From an uncultured delta proteobacterium (GTDB lineage: Bacteria; Desulfobacterota; Binatia; Binatales; Binataceae): DNA of 64,000 nt. The position numbers were made by a program, and so were the translations under genes. Position 1 is the first letter of the stretch. Each line of letters begins with the position of its first letter. This document shows, one piece after another, positions 63,413 to 64,000 of the stretch. Under the pieces are notes generated by a model that saw nothing but the letters and a program-made list of their open reading frames with translations, was not told the DNA's origin and did not search any database. Location of the stretch: the NCBI GenBank assembly GCA_963724765.1, contig CAVRVY010000003.1, positions 32,001-96,000 of the forward strand, read 5' to 3'.

Positions 63413-64000
63413 CGCTCGGCGCTCTCCCGGGGGGAAATCGATGAAGCGAACTCTCAGAATAGGGCAAAGCGCGTCCCGGAGACTAACCTGCGAATCAAGC
63501 TCTTCGATGCCGAGGAGGAATTCATTGGCGAGTTTGAAATCAATCCTTCGGCCAAAATCCTCCCACATGTAGTGCTGTGGGGCGACCGGGTTTTCGTGCG
63601 AGCAACAAGCGGAGAGCCGGGCCCCTATTACGAAAATCCAGCCCCTGTTTACCGGATTCCGGGTCCAACTTCATCGGTCCTTCGGTTGGGGTGGTAAATC
63701 GCACATCGGCCGGTAACCCGGGCCACAGGTTCGCTACTCAAATTCCCCCAGGTGGCGTTCTATCAGCAACAGGGTGAACCGCCGTGAAAGTTAAAGATGT
63801 CATGACCACGAACGTCAGAACGTGTTTCATGTTCGACAGTCTGGCCACAGCGGTCAACTGATGTGGGACCATGATTGTGGGTGCGCCTACGAGGCCGCGG
63901 GCGACGATTCCGGAAAAGTACTTTTGCAAATCCGTCGGCCGATATCCTCCCCCGAGTTCGATTATCCCGATGCATCCTCCTGTTCCGTGCCGGCGGGAAG

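Overview
GC-rich bacterial accessory region, heavily shuffled and decaying. The DUF1329/HEAT/LLM gene content suggests a Binatia-like deltaproteobacterial lineage (inference only). It holds intact islands: a PLP-lyase/LLM/dipeptidase/deacetylase/FAD-oxidoreductase cluster, HEAT+DUF1329, furA-katG, a kdpFABC K+-pump operon with porin and sigma54-type regulators, and a tetraheme cytochrome c. These sit among many IS copies and remnants (IS481-like TGT..ACA elements, IS3, IS5, IS21, IS110, IS256 end), a group II intron 3' end, a terminase/ParB-methylase module, DUF2924 and serine-recombinase relics, and decaying copies of core genes (prs, dapF-dapA, manC). Four observations stand out. (1) An IS621-type IS110 bridge-RNA region whose readable target guides match the terminal repeat of a co-resident IS, at exactly the site where it sits. 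(2) A small sigma54 regulon (four GG-N10-GC promoters, three sharing a 17-bp upstream motif) linking kdp to degenerate P-II-like proteins and a pseudo-ATPase enhancer-binding protein, with no KdpDE in the window. (3) An in-frame HigB-HigA fusion split by an IS5. (4) Eight tRNA-3'-end-mimicking repeats tied to recombinase/DUF2924 elements. All calls come from motif recognition by eye; no database search was run.
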